A stretch of 63,991 nucleotides of DNA, filler included, from Bigelowiella natans CCMP2755 (Eukaryota; Protista; Cercozoa), in NCBI GenBank assembly GCA_000320545.1. It is 6 parts of 6 records of this genome, joined end to end, with 100 filler letters (N's around TTAATTAATTAA, not from the genome) between each part and the next. Parts side by side here need not be neighbours in the genome. Positions count along the whole stretch, not along the records: positions 12,936 to 39,060 come from ADNK01002522.1; positions 39,161 to 45,099 come from ADNK01000268.1; 4 more parts are not named here. The stretch is one strand, 5' to 3'. Under the pieces are notes generated by a model that was given only the letters and a program-made list of their open reading frames with translations, was not told the DNA's origin and searched no databases. Both the position numbers and the translations under genes were made by a program. Shown piece by piece: positions 26,745 through 39,654 of this stretch; positions within the stretch are counted from its first letter, which is position 1; each line of letters begins with the position of its first letter.

Positions 26745-29589
26745 TAATTTGTGACTTTCCCATAATCCAATATTTATCATCATCATCATCATCATCATCA
26801 CCACCACCACCAACCACCATCACTACCTGTGACTGTGCTATGGAGTAGCAAGCTGTGTATGGATTATCGAGTTTCTTCCAGGGATGTGTCGCTGTCAGCA
26901 TCTCGATGATTGTGCATCCTGTACGATAACAACGGTAGAGATAGTTGAGACAGCAACAACGACGACGCGACAGGTAATATAGCACGGGTTTCCATAAGGG
27001 AGCATAAACATTGATATCGCTAACCCCATAGAGCCGTCATCATTACCAAAACCATGTCTACCACGAACAACAAGACCTCATGAAGGCGTTTGTTACTTAT
27101 TGTTGTTGATATTGCTGGTAATAATTAGGCTAATTGCGTGACAACCAAGACTCCAGATATCGGCCGTGCGCCCGTACCCGTCCTCTAGAATGACCTGAAG
27201 CGATATATTGAACAACATACATATGCATCAGCTACTATGTGCTGCAACGTGATTACGCTGAATGACCATGGCTTCATAACCGGATCACAATACAATAGAT
27301 ATCGAAAGGAGAATGTTCTCAATTTTTGCTCACGACATGGTGGAATATAATACTACATATATTATGAAATCTGTATGTTTTCGGTATCTTCGTTGTCATC
27401 AAAGTACCTCGGGTGCCATCCAATACGGTGACCCTATTGCTGTCTGCAGCGCATTGTTCTATGTATGGGTGCGAGGTGAGTGAGAGAAGGGAACAATATG
27501 ATATACATCGCAAATCAATCTGATTTGGTGGAGAAAAATAATGTGTTATAATATATATATCTACTATTTAATTTACATGTATACACATTATGGTGAAAGG
27601 ACCTGACAGTCATCTTTGATTTGTTTGGAAACACCAAAATCGGCAAGCTTGCATACGCCGTCAGTAGTAATCAGCACATTCGCGCACTTGAGGTCTCTAC
27701 CAAAGCAAAAAATTTATGTGATGTTCTGCGTATGTGAGTACATATAAGATGAACATATAAGAATGAAGATAATAATCGACACCTGTGGACAACGCCTTTC
27801 AGATGAAGATATTCAAGGCCCTGATTGTAGTACAGCATACATTAAAGATGCATAGAGACAGGAAAGAGAAACGAATAGAAGGAGGAAAAAGTAGAGATAT
27901 CAGCATATCAAGTATTTGTTGTTCAATTCGTGTGTGTGTGAAATTTGTGGTCTTAGCTTACCATGAGAATTTGCGTTGTATATCCTCTCGTCACGTTTTC
28001 AGGAAGAGCGCCGAATTGGTTAAGTACACGCACCAAAGATCTAATTGTTTCACGTAGGAGAAGTATCCAACATATATATAATCATGACAGAAGATACTGT
28101 GTGATTATATCGTTACTGATGATGATGATGCTGCTGCTGATGATGATGACGATGACCAATAATACATGTCGATGACAATATCCTCACCCTCCAGATACTT
28201 GCTCCATGAAAATGTAAAGCGCTTTCTCAGCCATACATATCTCGCATCCTGCAGGTAATCGACACACACGTACACACACACACGTGCACACACGTATTTT
28301 CTTCCATATACGTGTCTAGCAAATATCTTGGGGCTTCTAAAAGAAACTAAGCATTGCCTCTATTGCCTCGGGTTTCGGAAAAAGATCAAGGAATATGACA
28401 CTACTATTACCAAGAAATTTGACAATGTTCGGATGATCTACAAGCTGCATCAGCTGTGAGGGAGGAGGAAGAAGAAGATGATAAAGAAGGAAAAGAAGGA
28501 ATCGACCGAATAAGTCATAATAACCGGGGAATCGTAGATAGGACGACACACACGCACACACAAAGACACACATCCTCGATAATCAACGAAGGGAAGGTAT
28601 AAATGCAATACAGTGTTCTCAAAGATCCAAGAATTTTGGAACCGATACATAATATATCTACCCTGACTTCTCTGAAGAGAGCTCGTAACGCGGATTTTGA
28701 CCGGCCGACTCGAAACGGCATCTGCTTGATAGCGATATGAGACCCTCTCTGCATATTCATGCCCTACATTTGAAAAGAGGAATAGTCATCAGGATGATCA
28801 TGTTAAGGAAGAGAAGGGAGAGGCAGGTGGTAAAAGGAAATATACAAAAAGTTAAGCGATGATGATGATGGTGATGATGGACAAGTGATGACGAATAAGC
28901 TAGTAACACTAATACCGTGCACACAACGCCGTATTGGCCTTGTCCAATAACCTGGAAAAATAAGCTTCTTATCGTATTACAACCGTCACAACCTCCATCA
29001 CCACCAACACCATCATGACATCAGCAGCCTTCAGCATTCAAATCTACCTTTCCTTTCCTCCATTGGAAATCGACGGTTGGAATTTTGAACAGCCGATCTT
29101 TGTTCAATGTCTTGAGTGCTGATGAGTGACCGCCGCACTTAACCTCATACTCCGAGTTTGATACCCTTCTCACTACAACCCCAGTCCTCTTCACTCGTCC
29201 ATTGCTGTCAGTCACGAATACCTACCGAGAAAGAGATAATCGGAATATGTAAAGCTTTGTTTGTTTATTTCTAGGAGTAAATAGGGTCTATTCGGCTTCA
29301 ATCAAAACACCTATTACTTCTGCCCTGCGACACAATAATACGGGTAGCAATCTTCAGTGTATTCAGTCCCGTGAATTCGCATCGCAACATTAGCACAGCA
29401 CTAACGTACCTCGTCCTTAGGAGCATAATCCTTGTTTTCTGGAGACCTCAACCCTGCAGGAAGCGACGCATTAGCTGTTCCAGTCTTGATGTGAAGTTCA
29501 GCTAGGATGAGAAGGACCAAGGGAGGAGGGGGGGGGGGAGAGAAGCAGTTTCGTTAATAGTCAATGATACAAACGCAAACAAGGAGGGA

Positions 29590-29629
<40 letters not shown>

Positions 29630-31074
29630 CTCGTTTTTGTTGTAATGAGAATACAGGGATAAAGGATCGTTGAAATCGGATTGATCATTGTGTGGTAGGT
29701 GCTCTCCTTAATGTGGCCCTTCACCTCGTTTGCGAAGATTAGCGCTGCGCTTCCGCTGGTGTAGCACGGAAAAGGGGACTGACAACTTCAGTGAATCATA
29801 GAAGTAATATCATTATTATTGTTATTGTACTATTATTATTATATTATTATTATGATTAGAAGAAGAAGAAGAAGAAGAAGAAGAAGAAGAGGAATAAGGA
29901 GAAGGAGGAGAAGGAGGAATAGGAGAAAAAAATAATAAACTTATAATTCTTCAAGTGTTCAGAAGCATAGTGAAACCAACTTACGTATATTTTATAAGTA
30001 AAATGAGCTCGCTTGTATTAGTTCGTCGGAATGTAAACATCTTTAGCAATAGCAATAGTAGTATTAGTAGTAGTAGTAGTATAGTAGTTGTGGTAGTGGT
30101 AGTAGAAGAGAGAAAAAGAGGGCGGAGTAGGAGGAGGAGAAGGAGGAGAGGGGACGAGATTGGCATTCATTGCGCAACCTGATTAGCCTTGTTTACATCC
30201 TTCTCACTTCTCCTTTCTCCTCGCCTCCCTCCCCTTTTCTTTTCGACGTCGTTAATTTCGCTGGTATCACAGGGGGGTGGGCTGCCATGACTCTCCGTAA
30301 TCTCTCGCGGTTTACGGTTAGAGTAAATACGTGTACCCGCGCTGTTGTTGAAGACAAGATCACCGAGTAAGAAATAGTTCAGTTATTGAGTTTTCATAGT
30401 CTATGCAATACCAAAACAGAGCCACTAACTGGCTTTTAACATTCCACACAAACAGGACAGCCATTGAGGTCGTCATTCAAAAGACTAAGAATCGTCTATC
30501 AGTTGCATCAATTGTATCCCACCACAGAATATGTTTGGAAAGTTTAAACTTGGGAACTATAATCCTGCCGACGTCTCATAAATATACACGCGCACATGCA
30601 CGCACGTACTTTGATATAGACGGAGATTCCATTTCTTTCGCGCATGTGTCTTGCAGGTTGTGAATGCTTTCAGAGATGATCTTATTGTTACTAGTACTAC
30701 TACTACTAATCTCAATGGCGTTTCCTGCTGTTACTGCTGCTCCTTCTCCATCAGTTCTAATGCTAACATTTATTGAACGACGTTCGGTGCTTTTCTTCTG
30801 ATCGAGTGCCGCCTCACGTATATCCAGAATTATAGATCTTTGAGGAAGGAGATGGAGGGAGAATGTTATGATTGGAAACAGGTGAACAATAAATGTATTG
30901 TGTGGGTGGTGAAAATATATTATGTCTTCTTCATAAAACCAAGCATGCCCCCCACACATTGATCGGGGCTACTACCTAGTTTCAGGCTTCAACGCGCTTA
31001 TTTGAAGGAATGACAACGACTGACTCACCTGATGAGACAGTCACGTAAGTAATTCTGAGGAAATTTTGCGTGGA

Positions 31075-31117
<43 letters not shown>

Positions 31118-31176
31118 GAAGGGGGGGGGAGAGAGGGGGGGAGAGAGGGGGGGAGAGAAGGAAGCTGGCAGCTTGA

Positions 31177-31210
<34 letters not shown>

Positions 31211-33330
31211 GGGATTGATGAGGAGGAGGAGGAGGAGGAGAAGGATAGCAGCAACAACTAAAGGTAATTGTTCTTGTCCTGCTCAAGTATGCATAGACAT
31301 CGAAGCATACAACTCCTACCCTACCATCCGTACCATAAAAATTTACTGCATCACCTCAAACATCTCACCTTAAAAAGCTCATCATCTGTCCTGCACTTCA
31401 ATATGCGCTTCGCCGCTTGAGCTGAGTGAAAGCAAGGAGTTAGGAGGAGGGAAAACAAGATTTCACGAGTAAAGGAGAGAAAAGGACATGTTATATACGG
31501 GAAATCATCACTATCAACTAAAGTGAGATCGTGATATCAACGCTTGTTCATAAGAGTAGTATTAACTCGTCGTCATCGTCGTTGTGGTTATTACCAGAAA
31601 TTCGCTGCCACGCATCCTCCCCATGCTTCCCTTTCTCCTTCAGGAGGCCCTTATAAAGGAGGAGGAGGGGGAGAGGGAGGAGGGAGGGGCAGCAAATATC
31701 AACAGTGTTCAAATTGGTTGTATTTGCATTTATGTTGGGGTTCCAACGAGTAGAAACAGCTCATAATAATACCTTCGGGGGCCTGATGACCTGTACACCT
31801 TCATTGACTATCGACTGTATCCATAGATCGGTCTCCTGACGACTGCAACATAAACATATAGCTCATCGTTGATTTTTTAGATGATGAAGGGATGAAATTG
31901 GCTTTGATTCCTTGACTGTCATCATCGTCATCATTGTCATCATCATCGTGATCATTCATTCGGTGCTACTACCTCGAAAGGCTAAACCACAGCTCTTGCG
32001 ATCTACTCTTGACTCCAAAGACGAAGCTCCTGCATCGACAAATAGGAGGGGCAAGTCAGGAACGTTGCTTTAGGAACGTTAGATTTATTGGAAAAGACAT
32101 GATAATGTTGTGCAAGCAATCGATTGCAGAGATACTAACTATGAAACAGTCATATGACAAGCATCCTTAATCTGCAAGCCTTTTTAAGAGACAGACAGAA
32201 ACCATTGATGTTTCAATTTCCGTTACAGAACGACGAAATTGTTACAAGTCTTAGAATATTCTGTTGATGTTGCTACGAACACATATCGCCTACTACCTGT
32301 CCTTCAGTGGCAATGTGAATAGATAAGGGTTTGGACGAGAGATGTCATCGTCAAGAGAGAGTGGCAGAGATTCTAAATAGCTTATGCAAAGTCTCCTGAG
32401 ACGATAAAATAACATATCAGTTAGGAATGATATCAAGTAACTTTAATTTATGGCTTCTACTACCGGCATCTGACACAGGATCTTACTGGTGAAAAGTAAC
32501 CGGATGAAGGAATCGGTACGTAATCAGAGGCATGTTTACTGCAGCAGCTGCGAAAGCCTATGGTTACAAACGAGGGAAGGTTAGTACCGGATCATCTCAA
32601 TCATTTTCAGTGATGTTGTGGTGATGTAAAAAAAACTAATTCGGAAATCGCACAGAGGCGGCAATGATGGCGACGATTGAAAGTGCTGAATTTGACTCCA
32701 CACACAGAGCACATGTTCGCCTCCTCGAATGATTCGGTCCTACAAGCAAAAAATATGGAAACTTCAGTGTGAAAATGAAATATTGTGGAGACAAGGAACA
32801 TTTGAAACGGTACTCATTCTGGGCAAGGTCTAAGATCTTGGATCCCAACAAAGGCATCACGCAGATCAACTGAGACTGTAATCCAATGAGGAATTGCTCT
32901 TAGTTCAATACTGTGTCTATTCATAGTAATTCCAGAAGGATTCACCTCATTTTTATCGTTGTATTGAAAGATACATCCCTTCCGAAGCACCCCAAACGAT
33001 CTCTACATAATGAGAAAACAGGAGACAACAGGAATATGACTAACTTGTGTAAAATGAGGGGGCAAAAGATACTTAAAAATTGGATGATCGACCTTCCAAT
33101 GCATCCCAGTATAAACAGACATCTCGCCTTTTAGCCGTACATCCTTGTTCTGTCCCTCAAACTCCAGCGTCTACGTGTGTCGATGGAAGGTGGCGTCGTG
33201 AAGGAAGGAGAGGTTCGCAAAAGCTTACCGCTGGATTGAGAACGCCAAGGGGGCCCGTTGTTCGAGAAGATGACCTATTCCGAGGGCTCTTTCCACCCCC
33301 ATTTCTCGATAATTTGCTCCCTAGCCTCAT
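26206..33330 (-). CDS. STE11/NPK1-type MAP kinase kinase kinase with N-terminal FYVE-like and PH-like domains
   Basis: CSVCGVKFSTFNRRHHCRLC|FRSCCSKH...PVRSCVRC (FYVE); ETDLWIQSIVNE (PH C-terminal helix); kinase exons FQWRKGK, GQGQYGVV, IAIKQM, DHPNIVKFLG, YIFMEQVSGG, RDLKCANVL...CKLADFGVSK, GYGRTADIWSLG|CTIIEMLTATHPW, CLKRDKEKRPSCSEL. Confidence 0.88.
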
Positions 33331-34189
33331 GAGGCAGCTTTCCCCCTGTCGGTCGGATCCAACTGTGCCGAAGAAGGAAACGGAATCTCTTTTTATTCAG
33401 AATGCAGCAAATATTTAAGTCGCGATGTAGAATCAAAGGTCATTTCCTTCTTCGACTCCTCGAACCTAGTGTGAGAGCTCGACGTAGATCAATATTTGAG
33501 CCGACTGTATCCAAGCAGTTGCACTGAGGAGTTGGCCTGATGTAAGGTGTAAAAGAGGAAACGAACGAATCAGTTGAGTTTGTGCTACGAAATTATCGGC
33601 TTATGTTTTGGACTTGTATCCTGTGCCGCCACACATCAGCAATTCGACGAGCAACCATAGGGTACGACATTTAAAAAGGGATGACTTACATCCATATTTG
33701 TCTGCGTTTTAAGCAATCCACCATTTGCTTAAGTTTAAAAATAAATACCAGTGATGTATTGCCGCCATTGCTCCTACACGGCGGTCTTGCAAAGAAAAGA
33801 CATGTACGAGATGGCGATGCAGGGTTAATTCTCATGCTTTTTGCTTATTCTCTTTCGAAAGATGTAAACTTTCTCTTTTGAAACTTGCCGTGAGCTGATT
33901 TTTCAAATATACGCTTCTCCCAGAACATCTTTTGAAAATATAAGAGTCCTTTAATTTATTGCATACGTCAAAATGAATTTGTTGTCGTAGTGTCAATACA
34001 AAGACCCTATAAGCTCTTAGTTCAGGGCAGCTGATTTGAAAACGCTAAATAGCTTTATCAGAGTGTATACGAGTTTGAGATGCTCGCGTAATAAGATGAC
34101 GACTTAATTTGAAATCAATATAAGGTTGTCGTCATATAAAAATATCCTAAAATTTATCACAACATCTAGACAACGAGGCATCTGTTAAG

Positions 34190-36786
34190 ATGAAATTTGG
34201 TCTGGGAATGTCCTCCAGCGGCGGCTCCTCGGCCCTGGATTTGCAATCCACGTCCTCTCTCGGGGATGTCCGTAAGGCACTTGCAAATGCGCCTTCTCCA
34301 AGCGCCACGGCAGAAGAGCTCATGCGCTATCGGCTCATTTTTCTTGCCACGCAGATGCGCGGGGAAATGGTGTCAGTCAAGGTTCATTGCGCGATTTACA
34401 TTTCAATTGTATGTGAAATGACTTTTGGCTCTAAGCTTTTTCTCCAACCACGAGCCAAACTATCGATTGCGATGACCTTATATGTTACATTCTTTTAGAC
34501 GGTGGCAGGGACTGAGGTCGAGGGAGTCTTTCATTCCGTAGAATTTGAACATGAGGCGATCCTTCTCAAAATGGCGCAACCCAAGAACCATCGAAAACGT
34601 CGTGCACATTGCCATTATAGACTGATTTAACAGGCTCTTGATTTACTTATTTGATTGGTGTTTAGGTGATATTGTTCAGGGTTTACGTCCAAAGATGGTC
34701 CTGAAAATGACTGACGTGGTCTTCATCCAAGTTATTGGATCGAAGTTCCAGAAGCGAGCCCAGCAGAATTTCAAAACAGACACCCAGATTTCAGGTTGTT
34801 TAGGAAAAGGCCATGGCCTTTAGTTATGGCAGTTGTTGATATTCTTCTCGCGTATTATCACATAACAGGCGCATGGAGGGGAAGGAATCGCAAATTGCAG
34901 ATGTGGAAACCGGATAAAGGAGATGAGGAGACTACTCTCGAATTCGGCAGCCTTTCTAAAAATTGGGACCAGTTTGCAGCGAACGAGAAAGTATTTTGAT
35001 TTTGATATGGATAGCGATATTTGTTGTTGGCCTTACGGACGGTCAAATGCTGTTTTCTCCTAACAATCGTCCATCAGAATATGCATGTAAAAAAAACGTT
35101 AGATGTTTTCTGTGTCGCGTAAAATTGCGGAGAAGATCATAACGACATGAATGCCAATATTAACTACAAATACAGCTTACTGGGAAGAAAGGCTCGAGTT
35201 TCGACATTAACGAATACTCAAGCACGCTTGACAAGAACTCCAAGTTCTACAGGGAAAATGAAGCTGAGGCAGCACGACTTGCAGCCGAGATCGAGTCTAA
35301 GTCGAAGAGTAGCTCGAGAAGATTCCCATTGGTTCGTGCGGACACTAATCATAAAGGATGTTTTATTACTTTAGCGCTGGAAACCATGTGTTTTTCCTCT
35401 GTCACACGTCGTCGTACCACAAATTGGTATTATCTATCAGTGTTTGGTAAAGAAATGTGGGCTGACGTGGACTACTTCATTTGTGTGTGGTTTTCCTTTC
35501 AAAAGCGGGCTGGGAAAAATGACGATGATGATGATGAGGAGGCGTTGCATAGTAAAGTTCTCAGTAACGGTGAGATTCAGCATTAGCAGATTGAGAATGC
35601 GAAATTAGCTTCACAGTCCTGTTAGATTATCGATGGTCGCTGATCAGAAATTATTATCGGGGGGGGGCGATTTTTTTTCCTTTGACTGAAAACGTCTGTC
35701 TTGAACAACGAGAAATACTTTCGATGGTTCGTGCAAAAATACAACGATTAGTATCCGTTGCAATACCAGACTTTCTTCCTCGCCACCATGATTCTTGGGA
35801 TAAAATATTCCAGTGATACTGTTCGTATAGGTCATTTTATGTAATCATGGCGCTATTTGAAATGTTATGAAACGTTAGATGATGAGGCAACAAAGCACAA
35901 AGGGGGACCTACTTCTTCAGCTGGGGCAGGGAACAACGCTCCTTCAAGACCAGCAATATTTAGCAGCAGTACAGCCTCAACCAGCAAACCAGGTGGTAAA
36001 GAAGGTAAAAAGGGACAGGTGGAAACTACGAAGGTGGACAGCAGCAAGACGAGCAAGGAAGACAAAGAGGAGAAAAAGACAACAAAGTCTAAGCTTAATC
36101 CGAAGGCAAAGGCATTCGTGCCGAAATTCGCTCGAATGAGAACCGCTCCTCTTCAAATGCAGCAGCAGCAGCAGCCGCCTCGCATGGTTACACGGCATTC
36201 CTATCCCCGTTCCAATAACCGCCATCAAGCCCGCCCACCTGCCCTTCATCCCCATTCGCCATCTGCTAGTGCCTACATTCTTCAGCAGCAACAGCAGCAG
36301 CAGATGCAGCAGAAACCCACGTCCTCCCCATACCAAGTGATAAACGCTGGTGGTGTTCCAATGCAGTATGTCATCAATACCGCTGCTGTACAGGGCGGTG
36401 CACGTGCTGGTGCTATGGGCATGCAGCAGCAGCAGCAGCAGCAAGGAACAGTTCCTTATCCGGTTACGCCTGCTCCTGGTGCTGGGGGAAGACCGAACAC
36501 GGCGGCTATAAATATGGTGGCCATTCAGCAACAAGCAGCAGCAGCAGCAGCAGCGAGAGGGATGGCTCCACCTATGCAAGTGGTGAATCCTCAATCCCAC
36601 CAGCAGCAGCATGTGGCAATGATGCAAACACCGAACGGTCTTCTGCCAGCACAGCATGGCCACGCGATGCAGAGGCCTGGTACTTATCAGTTACGCCAGC
36701 AGCAGCACCACCACCAGCAACAGCAGCCTTACCTGACTGGAGCACAAAATTCAAATGGATCTGGCGGCTATGGCCGTAGCATGTAG
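34190..36786 (+). CDS. ATXN2: Ataxin-2/Pbp1 homolog (Lsm, LsmAD, PAM2, Q-rich tail)
   Basis: RLIFLATQMRGEMVSVK|TVAGTEVEGVFHS (Lsm); FKTDTQIS; LQMWKPD; NWDQFAANEK; SFDINEYSSTLD...AARLAAEIES (LsmAD); EEALHSKV; SKLNPKAKAFVP (PAM2). Confidence 0.92.
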
Positions 36787-36859
36787 GCAAAGAAAAGACT
36801 ACAGTACCGTTTGATCCGAATGATGAGAAACAACAATACATTTATCGTGCCCCCTGCTT

Positions 36860-37800
36860 GAAGCATACGTCTAGCCGTGTCTTGGATGAGGAGAGTATCC
36901 ACGCCAGCACCACGTCTAGCACGTGTTTGTATATGTGACAATCCACACAATTATTCAAATATCGTAGCAAGCTGCGCGAAGTAGGCGTATTTCGTGGAGT
37001 ATCTCGACGGCGCACATTACACATGAAAAGAATTAAACACCGATGTGATTGAATTAAATATAAGTCAAGCTGTGCGTGCCTGTGGCTACTAATTCGTGCT
37101 TGCTCACCTATGCGCGCTATAACAGCTATACTGTACCATGACACTAGGCACAAGCGCGCACTAGCCGCGCTACTAGCTAAATCGATGCAGTAGATATGAG
37201 ACGGACCCGGATGTAATAAATAATTTTAAAATTTTCAATAGCCATCCTATCGTGTTTGCTTTAATAAGGCGTCGGCTACACTAGTACAGCGCGGCATCGC
37301 ACATAGGATTGTACATGTTGTGCATCGTAATGTATGTGCGCGTGCCTATGTGCTGAATAAGATGTGGACAAGCACGAGCACGTGCAGGCGCTGGCTGGCT
37401 GTTGCATTGATGCTTACTGCCTAGCTGGCATGTATAGATAAATGCAATTCGCGCGGTGCGTGGCGCGACAAATATGGATTGCGCACGGACGATCACATGA
37501 TCACAGGTGGGCAGCGCGTGCGCATTGAGTTACGATACACAGCAACTGCATCGCTAGTCCTACATACACTAGCAGCTAGGCAGGCTATGTAACAGTACAT
37601 CGATCATCAGACATGCTAGCATGCATCGCATGGCTTATTGCGATAGAGCATCGCATCCGTGCGAAATAGCTGCCATGGAATATATAGCATATACATTTAA
37701 CAGATGTGGATATACATGTGCATGTGTCAGGAATGTTGCGCTTGTGCACGCTAGCTCCCACATGCATAGCATCGCCGTTGGGCTCTAGCAATAATTATTG
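36860..37800. other. CTAG/GCATGC-rich island between convergent genes
   Basis: gtctagc, actagccgcgctactagcta, ctagcagctagg, catgctagcatgcat; lies between ataxin-2 (+) and the WW gene (-). Confidence 0.65.
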
Positions 37801-38218
37801 CACGAATCAATACTGTTGAGATGTAACATAGACATGATTCCAGTAAGCACCTCCTTATATTACACAATACATTTAAGCTTAGTCGCATAAATGTTCCAGC
37901 TGCCTTATGGAACTACAACATGGAAACGAAATCATATAAAATGCATATCAGAGCAGCTACATTACAAAGATAATAAATTCGGAGGTCAGCTGATTCAGCC
38001 GGCATTTTGAGATCCCACGAACACCAGTCCCGAAGCTGTTTGATAACAAGCAGTTTTATCTTCCACAGGCTGCTACGACACCGCCTGTGTTTGTGGGTTG
38101 TGCTTGTGCAGCAAAAAAGACATAAAGACACCCCGCAGGATTTTTGAAAGCTGATTTGGTTTGATGATGCTTGTTGGAAACTTCTTCTCTTTTGCTCGTT
38201 GATGAGATCGATCGATCA

Positions 38219-38496
38219 TCAAGTGGGCTTTGTCCACTGACTGGTTTTTGACGCAGCATGGTAGAAGTACACCTGAGTCATTCATTCAATTCGCTCATTC
38301 ATTGATTTATCATTTACGGTACTAATACTACTACTGCTACTACTACTGTGTAGAGCAGCAGCACTCCGTCAACCCCATTTTCACCGCTCATCAATCCGCT
38401 ATCATCGATCGTCAAGTGGACTACAACTGACCTTTCCGGAGCTTTGTTCCACATGCGATGTCCAGCCCGCCGGCAAAGCACCAATATGGCTTCCTC

Positions 38497-38527
<31 letters not shown>

Positions 38528-38898
38528 CTGCTGTGCAGGTTCCGTGCTGTTTAGCGGAATTTGGTCCTGGCCTTGCAGCGAGCTCTGGTTTAGGCGTCGA
38601 TGACCTTTTGTTGAAATGGACGACTTGACTGAGGAAAGTGATCCTCGAGACCCTTTCCTGAAGGGCGGAGGCTTCTTCTTTGGAGTTGTCATCCCCTGTT
38701 GAACAAAATGTGTGTGTGTGTGTGTGTACACTCAGTGGATGGGTGGCTATGTAAAGATAGAAGAGAATTAGGAAAAGGGAGAGAAAGAGAGAGTAAATTG
38801 AAGAAGGTATAACTCCTCGATTCAGTATATTCTCTATCTACCTTGGGTGTTTGAATGGATCCCGCATTTGCCGGTTTTGCTGCTTCTAATACAGACTG
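38219..38898 (-). CDS. 3' exons of a protein ending in a WW domain (5' part lost at the gap)
   Basis: Spliced ALPAGWTSHVEQSSGK|VYFYHAASKTSQWTKPT* is a canonical WW domain, preceded by a polyQ and low-complexity exon. Confidence 0.85.
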
Positions 38899-39060
38899 GT
38901 GAAAGCAACGCGAGCATGGGAAGGAACAATCATCCATTAGTGCATGCGCTTGATGAGGATTACTTATGGGGAAAAAATTGCATTCAACAAAATAATGGCA
39001 AGATTTCATGAAATGTGGCGGAATTGAAAACACGAATGATATTTGTCCCGTATACGAATC

Positions 39061-39160
39061 NNNNNNNNNNNNNNNNNNNNNNNNNNNNNNNNNNNNNNNN
39101 NNNNTTAATTAATTAANNNNNNNNNNNNNNNNNNNNNNNNNNNNNNNNNNNNNNNNNNNN
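39061..39160. other. Artificial assembly linker
   Basis: N44-TTAATTAATTAA-N44. Confidence 0.97.
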
Positions 39161-39654
39161 TCAAGAATTCGAGACATAAAATTTTGCTGGAGTAGAGTTT
39201 CGTTCAAAAATAGTTCCCTCCTCCCGGAGATCATTTCCAACTGGGGCAGTGCCCATGGATTTATTCCCCCTTCTCCGGAGCCAGGGTATAATCATTATCC
39301 CAGCTTATTCTGGTCAGATCTTGGGTTTTACGAGCAACAATGATACGACTAGTATTTTTCGAAACCCAATAAGGAATTCAACCTGCTAGGAAGGCAAGAA
39401 TAAAGTAATATCGTAGTTTGGCTTACAATCATTATACCATGTCCTCACACTCACACTCACACACACACACACACACACACCAATGTACACCCCCTATTGA
39501 TGCAACGACGGCGCCTCGTTTCTCACATCCTACATCTCCGTACCAACGGCCATCATTACTAAGATAATGCCTAGCTATTTCTCCGACGAGCTACAAGCAA
39601 ACACGCACACACACGCACACGTACCACATGCGTGTTCTTCTGCTGATGTGACAG

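Noticed and set aside
36160-36730. PolyQ tracts in ataxin-2 as an unusual expansion
   Set aside because: Short Q runs in the low-complexity C-terminus are typical of this family and of this genome.
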